DNA of 64,000 nt from Psammoneis japonica (Eukaryota), in NCBI GenBank assembly GCA_008632985.1, contig QPGO01000005.1, positions 827,607 through 891,606 on the forward strand, written 5' to 3'. This document shows, piece after piece, positions 35,445 to 47,921 of this stretch (position 1 is the stretch's first letter; every line of letters begins with the position of its first letter). The notes below the pieces were generated by a model. It was not told the origin of the DNA. It saw nothing but the letters and a program-made list of their open reading frames with translations, and searched no databases. The position numbers were made by a program, and so were the translations under genes.

Positions 35445-37554
35445 CTCCAAAGTTCTTCAGTCAATCCAAAGTCGAATCTGTTTCTGTGGCTCCTCAAGCA
35501 AACTGGGGAGTGACAGGATTTGAACAGGATTTGGGTGCGCGCAAAACATCGCACGCTGTTTAGTTCACCGCGCACAGTTTTGTGTGCCTTAGTTCCGCGC
35601 GTTCGCGCGCGATGCAGTTTGCTTTCGAGCCACAAGGCTCACAAGAACAACAACAGCAGCCCAATTGTGCCGACTCACACGTCTTTCGGCTCCTGCAATG
35701 GTCTCTGAGCGGAGACTCATCTGCCATTTAGACAGCAGCAAGGAGTTGTTGTTTGAATTCTTGCCATTTGCCTTCAATTTCTGTCACTCTCCTTGTGGCT
35801 GAGATGGCTGTGTCATCTTTTGATCCAGAAGCAAAGCAGGCTAAATGACATGAGTCAAACCTCCAGGAGTGGAGAGAAAAAAGTCTTAAAAAGAGAGTTG
35901 CCCCCCCCCCCCCCCTTCAAAGCTGGCTCTGAAAAACAAGGAGGAGAGAGTGAGCTGTGAGAAGAGCTGCACCCGCTTGAGACATGCTCCACTCCACAGA
36001 AGGAATTTTTGAGACAAAGTGCCATGGAAGTCTGTGCATGAGCTTCTTTTGTGGGACAGTCTGCAACAACAGACACCAAATTGCAGTCACAACATGCACA
36101 AGAAGCAAAACAAGGAAAAAATGTCTTCTTTGTGTGCACGTGTGGTTTCTTGATGACACACGCACATCAACAACAAGCAAGGCTCACACCTGCTTGCAAG
36201 ATGTGTGAAATTTGGATTTTCTGGATGGCTTCTAGTCCCTTTTGACCATGCAAATCAGACAAATCAATGATGCGGAGCAGACACAGTGGCAGAGGGCAGA
36301 AAGACACACACAAAAGGCGGGGCAATTTCCGTGGTGATTGCTCTGCTGTGTTGTGTCAATGAGAAAATGAGCAACAATGTGCCTGAAACAATTCTGTGCT
36401 GCACAGTGCTGGCACATTTTGCAGATTGACACAAGTGTGGTTGATCTGCCTTCATTTGAACACATCTCACTCTGGCATGTTGAGGTCCCCGCCCAGAGCT
36501 GGAGCCCATTGTGAGAGCAAGAAATGACCAAGACAAATGAGGACAATGAGCAGGAGCTTTGTGCACAAAGCAACAAATGATGTTTGCTGTCTGCTGCAGC
36601 AGAAAACAAATGCTTTGCAGCACAGTGCAGATCAGCACCGAAAAAAGAACCCAGATGCTGGTGCAAATGCCTTGTGCACAATCTGGTGACAACAGCTCAT
36701 TGGTGTTGCACACACTGCAATTGAGCGACACAGATTCAAGCAAAAATGACAAGCAGCATGCAGAGCCATGTTGCAGTTGGCAAGCACACAACAGCCAGGC
36801 AACCCAAGCCAGGTGCAGAAGGTCCTGTGTTAGCTGGATTGGGGGTTTGTAGATCCCCCCTTTGATGACCCCTTGAAAACACAGAGCATGTCACAAGAGC
36901 AAGCAGCCTGGGTGTGCAGCTCTTGGAGGCTGCATCTCTTGCTCTCTCTCACACCACCACTAGACAACTCATCCACAGCATGAAAATTGCTTGTTTCTGC
37001 TGCTTTTGACCCAACAATGACACCAAGTCTCAGCCTTGCAACAACAAATTTTGTGCTGCTCTTCTCTCAAACATCAAAACATTGCTCAACACAACACTCT
37101 GAAAAATCTTTTGAGAGCAACAAATGGGCAACAAGAGAAAGAGAAATGATTTGCAGTGTGGTGCCACTGACAATAGAAGAGAATGACAAAAGAAAAATTT
37201 TTATGTTGTGGAAAATGTTGCCTGGGGTGATGTGTCATTTCGCTGCGCTACACACTGATGCACTCGTGAGATGAACCAAATCTTGGGTGCAGCAATTGAC
37301 GCAAGAAAGGAACGGATCGCACTGTAACTCATGTTACTGCAGTGATATTTGCCAATAATGTAGCGGTAAGTTTGCTTGCCAAAGTGGTTAAGACTAATCT
37401 TAAAATACACCAAAATTGTTATGTGGGTTCAGTAAAAGTGGCCGAGACACATGCGTCATGCTGTGGATTCGGTGGAATAAACAGGAACTTGCTTGGATTA
37501 TTCTGCTTCGACACCGTCAGCATCCTGACTCTGTGGCAGCTGGCTCGAACGCTT

Positions 37555-38652
37555 TTAATCCGATGAATTGGTGCCGCTTGTAGACTGATGACTGGAAGGC
37601 ACTCCACTGCTAGAATTAGGCAGTGCTGCGGGTTGCCACAGTCCACAAGTGAGCCATCTCAGCAACTTCCGTCGGGATGATGGACGTAGATAAAGGAATA
37701 TAAGGCAATTCCAGAACCCCTGGAGAGGCTCAAAGAGAGTCCAGAGATAGGAAACCCAGAAAGGGTAATCTATAAAAGCAGGAAATCAAAGACTGAGTAA
37801 GTGGATGCCAGACGAGAGTATTCTCTGTGGAAGCAGGGAATTACACTCACAATCAAAAAATTGAGCAACGCTCCAAATAGTAGATGCTGTCCAAGTTATT
37901 ACAAAGGCAACTGAATATAACACTGCTCGGGCTGCAACTTCGTTGACATTTCGAGATGATCGTCTCATAGAGTGGGTGTTGGAATTCCGGAAGGAGTATT
38001 TCGACATTCGCTTCACAGATGAGCGGACCGTCCAGTATATGTTAACGAGCGCGTAGATTGTCATGAGAATCGCGATCCATAGTGGCACACAGAAGAATGC
38101 AGTTGCAAAGTACTTGGCCCGGCCACAAGAGGAAGGAGGCGAGTCTCCGAAACATTCGTCGGGGTCGGCAACCCAGCACACCGGGCCAATAAAGTTCAAC
38201 AGGTTTAGCGCAAGTAGCACTATGGAAGTACCGATGCACCAGATCCCGATCAGGGCGTGAATATATGGCTCCAGCTTGAGAATTCGTTCGTTGGACCACT
38301 GATGCTTAATGACGAGAAGGTAGCTCAATACCAAAGCTCCGTTGTACATGGGGGCTCCAATTGCAACCTGCAGAAGGAAGCCCTGAAAAGAGCACGTTTT
38401 GTCATTTCCAGCGGCATACGGAGCACCGCTTTCCTTAGGAGCTGCCCAAGTTGATAAAAACCAGCCAATAGACGACAGAATGTCAATACAACTCATGCCG
38501 AGAAGAAACCGCTTCGAGCTAGACAATCCTTTTCCCTCACGATAGTCTTGAATTGTTTCATACACAATGAAAGACGAGCCTGGAATCGAAAGACTAGACG
38601 CGACTTTCGGCGAGAGCGCCATCGCATTGAGTTGCGTATCAGAATACGACAT
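37555..38652 (-). CDS. Seven-transmembrane GPCR-like protein, two exons
   Basis: SLSIPGSSFIV, LLGMSCID, CSFQGF, CWV, AVLYSVAF; intron ~37772-37850; exon 2 reads ...FEPLQGFWNCLIFLY. Confidence 0.85.
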
Positions 38653-38899
38653 GGTGGAGGTTACTCTGAGTTACAATGGAAAGACGAAACCACTGTAAGT
38701 TCGCACGACATCGTTTGCAAGAAGAGTAGCAAGTAGCAACACAAAACACAACAACGAAAGAGACAAAAAGAGAAGAAAGGTTGGAGTTCAGTGAGAGTAG
38801 TCACGCAGTCACGAGCGAGTCTGATTCACGGATGACTTCAACTGCGTCATCGGATTGGCTCATCTTCTTCCGGCAGAAACGTCGGTAATTTGTTCATGT

Positions 38900-41800
38900 T
38901 CGTGTGCAAGTTCGTGGCCGCTAAAAGGAAAAGGGGAAAAGGGAAGGGATTCACCATTCAACGCACACAAAACTTGACTGTGCCAGCAGGGCCAGAGATT
39001 CATTGGCTTCTTCTTTGTGGTCTGGGGTGGCTGCAGGTGCAAAAAGGAGGGGATGATTCAACCACTCCTCAGCAATGCACACAAAAACTGACCATGCAAG
39101 AAGGGCCGGAGATTCATTGGCTTGCTCTTCTTTGTGGTCTAGGGCGGTTTTGCTGCAGGTGCAAAAGCTGCATGCACGCCGAAGCTTCAGGGTGACCATG
39201 TGATGCCCTGAGGGTGTGCCACCAAGCTGAACACCCTGGCTTGGTTTTGAACCAAACCCCAGGCCAGCTGGCAGCTGCTGCCAACCAGGGGTCGAGGTGC
39301 TTTCCCCCCCCTCAGCATGGTTTGGCTGCTCAAGCTGGCACAGCCCACCCTGTTGCACTCACTCAAATGCTGCACTTGGGGAGGGCCAGGGAGAAAAAAA
39401 ACATGCAAGCTTGGCTCTGCTTTTTTCAGACCTTGTGTCAGTTGGTGTTGTGAGCATGCTCTTGAGAGAAGAGCGAGAGAGTTGCTGGCTGCAATGCTGT
39501 GCAGAGAGTCTTGTTGTTGGCACATCACACAGGTTGTGTGCTCAGCATGCTCAATGACTCTTGGGCCCAACCTCACTCAGAGCTTCTTCATGTGAATGAC
39601 AAATTGTCCTGCAGTGCTGACAAATGAGCTTGAAGAGACTTTTGTGTGCCGTTTTGCAAAAGCAGCATGGGGGGCACCAATGATGCTGCGAGCTCCTGCC
39701 AGCTCAAGCTTTGGCTCTTGCTCAATTGTCAGGGGTTGTGATGTGTGGGGTCAGGCAGCCCAGGAGCCAGGTTGCTTGTGCTCCTTGCAGATGGCACAAA
39801 GCACTGTTGCAACTGCAAGAAGAGCAACTCTTGTGCAGAGGTGCACAAATTGTCTTGTCATCCATGTGCATGCTTCCTTGCATGCAATCAATGGGCAAAT
39901 GACAAAATGATTCATGCAAAAAGATGAAGGTGCAAGTGCAAATGGCAAATTTTCTCCATTGCCCAGAGTGCTGCCAGTCTTTGCTTGTCATCATAAATGA
40001 AGCAGATGTTTTGGGGATTGGACAGGAAGCATTGGGTTGAGGTGTCACTGCTCTTCTTTGGACATGGAGCTGTCTGAAGTGCTGTCAATGCATTGTGCTG
40101 TTTTGGCAATCAAACCACTTTTTGCTCCACAAAAACTCCCACAGGTGCAGCACATTGTGACAGGCAGAAGCACCAGCATGATCCACCTTGTCATTTTGTC
40201 ATTTGTGCGTGTGCTGAGTGCCTGAGTGTGCAAATGTGCGTGTGCAAATGACAACAGACAGTTTGTGCACTTGAGGTTTTGTGGTTGTGCTGGCATTCTT
40301 GAGGCCTGGGTGCACCCCTGGGAAGCTGTGTCTGACAAAAACTCAGCATTGCTGCCAGTGCCAGAAATGTGTTGCCCTGTGTGTCTTGTTGCTCTGGCTC
40401 TGGGAGTTTGCAACCTCAAGTTTGATTTCTTGGCTGGCAGCTTGGCAGACCATCTTGATCACAGCCTGGTGTGTGGTGGGTGGAACTGTCGCCAAGAGCT
40501 GTTCTGTGGAGGAGGAGGGAAACAGGCAGAAAAGTTTTGCAGGAGCTGCTCTGTCAATGGCTGCAGCGGCCCAGACCATGGGCACTTTCTTTTGACAGAA
40601 GAAGCCAAGCAACAGCCACAGCAAGAGAAAATGCTTTTGTCATTGAGCATCTGATGGACTCCAGCTGTTCATGCATCAACATGCCTCTTGCTTCAGACCC
40701 TGTGTGCAGCATTGCTGTGTGGAGAAATTTGTTGCTGGCGCATCTCAGGGTCTCATGCCCAGTGTGTTCAATGACCATTGAACCCAACCTCACTTGCAGC
40801 TTCTCTTTGTGCCAACAACAAGTTGTTCTAAAGCACTGACAAATGAGCTTGAGGAGGCTTGCATGCCATTTTTTTGCAGCTCTGTGGTGGTGCAAGGAGC
40901 ACCAACAGGAGCTTGCAACAGCTTGGGGGGGGGGTCACAGCTGTCTCTCAAGCTGGTGCTCTCAATTGTGAGGGGTGGCTGTGATGTGTGGGGTTGGGCA
41001 CTCCAGCCAGCTTGTTTGTGTTCCTTGATCCTTGCTCATGGCACAAAGCACTGCTGCTGCTGCTGCTGTGAGGAGGGTGATTCTTGTGGAAGTTGGGCTG
41101 GCACTCCAGTTGGAGGTCTGGGTGCAGCACCCCTGGGAAGCTGAGGAAGGGATTGGTGCTGTGCGCTGCCAGGGCCAGAAACATGTGCTGCCCTGTGACT
41201 TGTGGCTCTGGAAGCTCACCACAACATCAAGTTTGACATCTCAGCTGGCAGCTCAACAAACAGTTGTGACTGCAGCTCAGTGTGTGGGCAGCACTCTGTT
41301 GCCAAGAGCTGCTCTGTGAGGGGGGGGGGGGGGGGGAATTGGCAGAAAAGTTTTGCAGGAGCTGTTTTCTGTCAGCAGCCAGGGCAGCCTGAGCTGCAGT
41401 GGATTTTCTTGATGGAAGCCAAGCAGCCACAGCAGGAGAAGACAATTTTGCAATCGAGTGTTGCGCTTGAGTGGACAAAGCCTGGACATCCACACTTCAG
41501 CTCTCCAGCAAACAGCACTCTCCAAAGGTGGCATTGCAAGAACAGCATGCTCCATGCACCAGCCAACCAGCCCAAAGCTGCAAGTCACAAAAAAGCCACC
41601 AACCTCCCAACCAGCTGCAAAGCAGCAGTCAAATCATGAACAGTGCTTGAGGGTCCAAGGTTCAAAGCAAGAGCGGCACATCAACTCTCTTCTTGTTTTG
41701 TGTGCTCAAGAGCACTTTGTGTTCTCCACAAGTCTTTGGTGTGTGCTCACCTCTGTTGAGTGCAGATTGAAAGAAGGCTGCAAATTTGGGATGGGTTGGT

Positions 41801-43400
41801 TCATCTTTGCTGCAAAAGGTGTGTGTTGTCCAATTTGATTGGGTGCCAATGCAGAGATCCTGAAAACCATGTGTTGACATTTTGCAACAAACACCTGAAG
41901 AATGCTGCAGTTGGCCAGCACAGAGGTGCAACGGCGATTTTTTGTTGGACATCCTGTTTTGCCTGTTCAATTTTGCTTGTGCCCCAAACTCTGCATTGCT
42001 GCCCATTCAGCTCGTTCTGCGCCGGAGTGAAAATGTCACTTGAGGCTTTTTGCTGCCCATTTGGCTGTCGTCACTGAGTGAAAATGATGATGATGTGTCA
42101 TGGAGGTTGTCATCAACTGGCCACCAACATGAGAACTTTGTTGAGATTTCTGTTGAGTCTTCTGCCATGCAGTTGGTGCTGTGCAAGCAGTGATGGCCAT
42201 TGGAGTGATGTCGTGGACCTTTGGTCTAATTTGTCATGCGCAATCCAGTGAGAAATCTTCTCAGAATTTGTGCCTTTAGAGCATCTCATTGTCTCCTGCT
42301 GCACCCTGTCATCCTCTGGGCCACATTCTTGCACACCCTCAAGAGAAGTGTCTGTTGTCATTTTCTGCAATTCTCTCTGCCACCACGTTGTGCAACCTCA
42401 AAAGAAGTGTCTGCAGCCATCTTCTTGCTTCTGTGCAAATCGTCGCACATGTCCCAGGCAGTTGTCACCCAAACAAACACACTGGCATTGACTTGCAGCA
42501 ACAGAGTTGTGTCCACCCAACAGCCTTTCTTTGATGACAGCTGATCCAGTGGCAATCTTTTGTGGTGCTGCAATCCTGTGACAATCACCTGTGCTCTGTG
42601 CTTTCCTGCCCCTCCAACCGATCTGGCAGTGCACCTCCACCTCTTTTGGGGCCTGCTCATGGTGGGGAAACATTTCCCCCCACAATGTTTGTCCTGTGAA
42701 AGATCTCTTTTGAACAACCAGCACAAGCAGATTGGTGCCCTCACACCTGCCACTTTGCATGTCAGCATTGCCATCCAAAGGCTGTCGACTCCATTGAGCA
42801 AACCCTTGTGACCAACTCACCTTGTTGACTGCTTCAAAGTTCAACTGTCAAATCAAACTGTCCAATGGTCCAAGTGCCAAGCTGGACATGGACCATTTCA
42901 TCAAGGCTGTCCAAGACCTTGTCAAGTCTCATGGGTGGGGATCCTTCTGCCATCTCAAGAAATCTGATGGTGCCAAGGTCGTGTGCCCGTGTTTGAGCAT
43001 CTTCATGCCTTTGCTGTCAAGGACCCTGAGAAGGAGCATCTTGCTCATCTGGGAGCTTCTGGTGGTGAAGCTTGTGATGAGTGTGAGATTGACAACATTG
43101 GCCTGTCCCAACTCATCGTCCAGGAGTCAAGCATCACTGCAGCATTTCGCAAAAAGATCGAGGTCAAGCTCAAACACATGAAGAGCTGCGAGGATCTTCT
43201 TCTGGGACTGGCATTGTTCATGATGGCCCTTGACACCCACTGTGCAAGTGCTCTCCTTGATGCAAAGTCTGCCAAGGAAAAGCCAACAACATTGTTGCTT
43301 GACTCCTGAACTGCGTGAAGATGTGTGACAATGTAGCCCCATGTCCGTGCGGCGCGGCCGCGCGGGTCGGCGGCGGCTGCTGTCTTGCCGGCTTCCAGCT
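38900..43400. other. TpA- and CpG-depleted degenerate repeat domain with internal duplications
   Basis: Blocks ~39520-39840 and ~40740-41090 are similar, as are ~40290-40640 and ~41110-41450, and ~38985-39050 and ~39100-39165. Confidence 0.65.
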
Positions 43401-43616
43401 TCGTGCTTCTTACGGATGGTTCCTCGCGCTCCTCTCGACTGCATCTCTCGCGCCAGAGTAGTTCTATATATCCTACATGTTAGTGCCTTTGAAAAGTTAA
43501 TTCTATCTCAGATAGACTAGTGTGGTACTTACTCTAGCAAAGAGAAGCGAGAGGAGAAGATAGATGTGCAAAGTACAAGAAGCTTGGTAGAATGTTGGAG
43601 AGCTAACTGCTTCGAT

Positions 43617-45930
43617 CTACAGACCATACGAAGCAAGGCGTGACGAGGATACGCCATCTATCGCTGCCTTCTTGTTCTTTTTTCGTTTCTTCTTCTTTTT
43701 CTTTTTGTCATTGGGGTCTAACTTTGATTCGACATCCTCCGTTTCTTCCTTATAGATTGGCTGAGGTGATGCGTCTTCGACCGCAATCTCGTTGGGAAGA
43801 TCCTCTGTGCTGTCGGATTGTTTCTTCTTTTTGCTACCCTTCTTCTTCCGCCTGAGATTCTTTTGCTTTTCCATAGAATCATCTTTGTTGCTAGAGTCCT
43901 TCTTATCTTCGGACGAAACCATATCACTGCTATCGCGAGCCTCCTCCTTGTCCAGTTTTTTCCCCTTTTTCTGCCGCCTTCTCTTTTTCTTGGGCTGTTG
44001 CTTCGTTTGCAGCTCGTGCTCCTCGTTAACAATGGAACCATCCTCTTCTCTATTTTTCCCTTCTGCCAAATCCATTTCCTCTTCCATCTCGTGTCTAAAC
44101 ACATCTCGAAAACGCTTTCTTCGTTTCCCGGTCACATGGAACTCTCCCTGAAACAAAAAGCGCACGCCAAATTAGTGAGAACCGCATGACCAAATGGGAT
44201 AACATTCCAAAGCAGTAGACAACTCACCTCCTCACGATAAGGGGCTAGCTTTTTCAAGCTGACATATTGCTTCAAAGTGCTATCACGGGCAAACAAAATC
44301 TCTTGTGTCGATAAACCGTAATTGTTGGCCTGAACCGTCTTGTACTTGAAACGCGTGGGCATTCCTGCAACAATATCTTCGTAGTCCAATTTGTATAGCT
44401 CGTCCATCATTTTTTGCTTGAGCTTGCGTTCTACTTGTGTTTCTTCTTCGTTTCCGTCCTCCTGTTGCTGCTCCCAGGCTTCAAAGTCGTCTTCGTCGTT
44501 AAAGGTATTTGTTTCCGCTTGTCCTTCTCCATTGCCGTCGTCTTGCTCTCCTTCATCATAATTGTCGTACATGTCACCATCTTCATTGTCTTCGCCTGGT
44601 ACAATAGCTTCATCCCCAGCATTATCCGCCATGAGTGACTCTCTCACATTGGCATCTGTTTTCCATTCGGCATCCTCTTGTTGATAAAAGTCATCATTGT
44701 AAGCTTTTCCCATAATTTCCTCGAATTGCTCCGGATCATAGTCACCCTCCATCAGTTTCATCATGGTTGCTTCATCTAAATCTTGGTCTTGTCCCAGTAC
44801 AGCCTTGATCTGTTGTAGCTTTGCTTGCATTTCCTGACGTTTCGCATTCTTCAATCGACGCAACTCCTCTTCCTTGGCTTTTCGTTCCGCAGCCTTTCGT
44901 TCCTTCGTTTTCAGTCGCTGCAAACGACGTGTTTCGTCCTTTCGACGTAAGAGCATGGAATCCGCAGCGCTACCACGAGCATAGGACACCATGCTGTACT
45001 GCGCACCAGACGTCTCCTCTTCACCGGCAGCCGCGACTGCATCTTCAAACCGAAAGTTATACTTTGACTCAAAGTCATCCGTTCTTTCCAACTGGTCCAA
45101 CGAGTCGTCGTCGTCATCATTATCATCTTGAACCTCGTCGTGGTCGTGATGCGTTTTGTCAATCCACTTTTTGTTTTTGATAAAGTCGAGCAAAAACTCT
45201 TGTCCGTCTTGCACTTCACCGCGAGGATCTACAAACAGTGTTGGATGCTTTTGGAAGCCTCCAATACTTTCAATTCTTCTTTTAACAGTCTATCAGCTTC
45301 CTTTGTCACCTTATCCTCTTCTGGAGCCGATTTTGTTTTACCACCATCCAATCATCATCGTCGTCATCTTCTTTTGTAGAATCCAGAAAGGCACTGCGCA
45401 ATTCCTTCTGTTCTTGGTCATACGCGAGCTTCGACATGGATTCTTCTTTCTGCTCTTGTACCGATTCTTTTCCACCACCATCCTCTTCTTCTTCTTTGAT
45501 TTGTTGCAAAATCTGTTCTCGAATAACATCCTTGTATCGCTTGGGTTTGTGTGTAGTTTCTTCTTCTCCCTCTTGTTCGCTACCACTCTCGGAAGAAGCA
45601 TCAGGTTGCTCGGGGAAGAACCGTGTCGATCCGTCGTAGATGCTTTTGTCTTTGGTACGCAGAGCATTGATTGTTTTGAGAATCGAAACGTCCATTGTCG
45701 GTGTCACGAGCAAATCTCCATCTTCGTCTTCGGTTTCTTCATCCTCGGAGGAACTCGACGACTCATTGTTCCATTGAGATTGTAAAAGCTCTTGTCGTTG
45801 TTTTCGAAGTTGGTAGTCGGACGCGTACTTTTTGTTGACTTTCAAAATAGAAGTCGGTTGTTGATCTACATTATCATCCTCTTCTTCTTCTTTCTCGTCA
45901 AACAGGGAAGCTTTGTTTGTGTCGTGCCAT
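43617..45930 (-). CDS. KRI1: KRI1-like ribosome biogenesis protein (one intron; frame breaks at A-runs)
   Basis: LKVNKKYA, FESKYNFRFE, KEEELRRLKNAKR, LYKLDYEDIVAGMPTRFKY, YGLSTQEIL, YVSLKKLAPYRE, and terminal SRLASYGL. Confidence 0.88.
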
Positions 45931-46212
45931 GGTTGATTTATATTGCTGTTTGTTGTGTGTGAAGAGGTATCGCGGTGTTGTCGTGCATCGTGCACAAAAA
46001 ATGAATGAGTGGATTTCCAAGTTGAAGTCTGTTCGTCAACTCCCATTTCATTCCCGCGTGAATGAACCATGAACCCCGCGCTTGCGCCGCAACCTCCCCA
46101 ACCAACCACGCCGCCAGCCAGCCATGATGACGGTTTTTGGCAGCACACCGCCTGTGCCAGCAACTACTAGTATGTGTCTGTCTCGAAACGATAAGCGGAG
46201 GATCCGAAAAAA

Positions 46213-47235
46213 ATGAAGAATGATGAACCCCATCAGGTTTTTGACAGCACAGACGAAATGGCAACCTCCATCTCGTATTATGTCATGTACACTTCATCCG
46301 ACATCAACATGGAAAAGAGAACTTTGAAACAAAACGGCGATAAAGTGAAAGAAGAGAATGTCTATTGGCAGGAGGATGAATGGACAGAACAAGATTTCTT
46401 GCATGCCGAATCAATCTTGGAAAATTCTAAAGACTTGTGTAACTTATCAACAGGCAGCTTTTCAACGAGCAACAAGGCTCTTGTTCATCACACGACAAAT
46501 GAAGGTTCTCATAAATCATGGGATCGCTTTTACAAAACACATGGCAACCGGTTCTTTAACGACCGACATTACTTGTCCAAAGATTATCCTGCCGAGTTTC
46601 CTCAAACAGATGATTCCAACAAGGTGGTGGCTGAAATTGGATCGGGCGTTGGCAATACTGTACTGCCTTTGTTGGAACAGTATCCTAATTACACGGTTTG
46701 GGGCTTTGATTACAGTGCAACAGCGATTGACTTGCTCAAACAAGATGATCGATACATTCAAGCACAAACCCGAGAGCCTCCTCGTGCGTATGTACATGTT
46801 TGGGATATTACGACTCCACCACCGTCTTGTATAACCAGCCAATCAGCAGACTTGTGCCTCTTGCTCTTTTGCTTGTCTGCTATTGTGCCACAAGAAATGG
46901 AAGCGGCAGCCAAGCATGTGGCGTCATTACTCAAGCCGGGCACTGGTACATTGGTCTTTCGGGATTACGGACGTTACGACCAAGCTCAATTGCAACTGGG
47001 AGCTTCTCGAGGAAAAGGCTTGGGGGATCATTGGTATGTCAAATACGATGGCACGAGATGTTACTACTTTGATTTGGACGATTTGAAAAGAATCTTTGTA
47101 GAGAGTGCGGGATTGGAGCTGCTGGAACTAAAGTACATTCGGCGCGTCTACCGAAACAGATCCAATGCCAATAATGAGGAAGAACTGCGCCGACGAGTGT
47201 GGGTTCAAGGGCGCTTTCGAAAACCAGCACGATAG
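46213..47235 (+). CDS. METTL2/METTL6/Trm140-family tRNA m3C methyltransferase
   Basis: WDRFY..H..RFFNDRHYL, EIGSGVGN, LFCLSAI, FRDYGRYD, DGTRCYYF, RRVWVQGRF. Confidence 0.9.
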   Translation: MKNDEPHQVFDSTDEMATSISYYVMYTSSDINMEKRTLKQNGDKVKEENVYWQEDEWTEQDFLHAESILENSKDLCNLSTGSFSTSNKALVHHTTNEGSHKSWDRFYKTHGNRFFNDRHYLSKDYPAEFPQTDDSNKVVAEIGSGVGNTVLPLLEQYPNYTVWGFDYSATAIDLLKQDDRYIQAQTREPPRAYVHVWDITTPPPSCITSQSADLCLLLFCLSAIVPQEMEAAAKHVASLLKPGTGTLVFRDYGRYDQAQLQLGASRGKGLGDHWYVKYDGTRCYYFDLDDLKRIFVESAGLELLELKYIRRVYRNRSNANNEEELRRRVWVQGRFRKPAR

Positions 47236-47303
47236 TGGAACCATTGCAGTTACATAACATTGAGGGTAGACAGAGCTATTAACCATTCTTTACTTCTTTC
47301 CTT

Positions 47304-47921
47304 TCAGTTTTTGGGCTTGCCTGCCACACTGACGAGATTGATGCAATATCTGTTACCCTTTGAGTCTGGGATGTTGTGTCCAAGATGAGTACCCGTCTCC
47401 GACACACATTCACCGTCCTTGAGGCATCGAACGCCACCGTCCCAGTTTACTTCTTCATCCCTGAACGACGGCCATCCATGGCTTTGACTTTCTTTCAAGA
47501 AATCCTCAAGCGATCGTCCAACGGGGGCGGTAAATAGTTTGACACCCGTGACGGAATCGTAAAAATCAATAGGCAATTCGTCCTTGTGCTCGGCCACATA
47601 CTTGAGAAAATCAGTTGTCGCCCAATAGCCAGCGAATTCAGCGTAATGGCGATTAAAGTTACAAATCCGATCTGCCGTATCGTAATCACAGCCCCACCGC
47701 AATTCCTTTTGAACGGGAGCCTCGCTCGTGCCGTGGGCCTTTTCCGACATGACGCTCTCGTCCGCCAAGATTGGTAGCTTTTGCGTGTCTGCTTGGAGTG
47801 CCTGTGTCGCTCGAGCAAACGATCTGGATCCACCAATAAAGGCAGTAGCTCCAGGTGGAGCACGTGCCGTTGCAGACGCAAAGAGCAACGAAAGTAGGGA
47901 AGATGCTTTGACAAGATTCAT
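47304..47921 (-). CDS. MsrB/SelR-like protein with an N-terminal targeting peptide
   Basis: ICNFNRHYAE, YDSVTG..LF, HGWPSF, GTHLGH, RYCIN; hydrophobic N-terminus followed by ATAF. Confidence 0.85.
   Translation of the reverse strand: MNLVKASSLLSLLFASATARAPPGATAFIGGSRSFARATQALQADTQKLPILADESVMSEKAHGTSEAPVQKELRWGCDYDTADRICNFNRHYAEFAGYWATTDFLKYVAEHKDELPIDFYDSVTGVKLFTAPVGRSLEDFLKESQSHGWPSFRDEEVNWDGGVRCLKDGECVSETGTHLGHNIPDSKGNRYCINLVSVAGKPKN

Larger units (their letters stand above)
32425..35786 (+). mobile_element. Non-autonomous Copia derivative of the same family (3.36 kb)
   Basis: LTRs at 32425-32700 and 35511-35786, TSD CTCTC, same PBS, UTR and PPT (AAACTGGGGAG) as the 24051-30991 element; no catalytic domains recognisable. 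Confidence 0.93.

Noticed and set aside
42820..43310. Possible retroelement gag remnant
   Set aside because: It reads protein-like but is too degraded to assign, and no LTR or enzyme motif was found.
1..43400. Hundreds of overlapping Cys/His-rich ORFs in the repeat domains
   Set aside because: They are a by-product of lost TAA/TAG codons, have no recognisable domains and are present in all six frames.
43617..45930. KRI1 pseudogene or programmed frameshift
   Set aside because: Motifs are intact and the breaks sit in short A-runs as in neighbouring genes, so consensus error is simpler.
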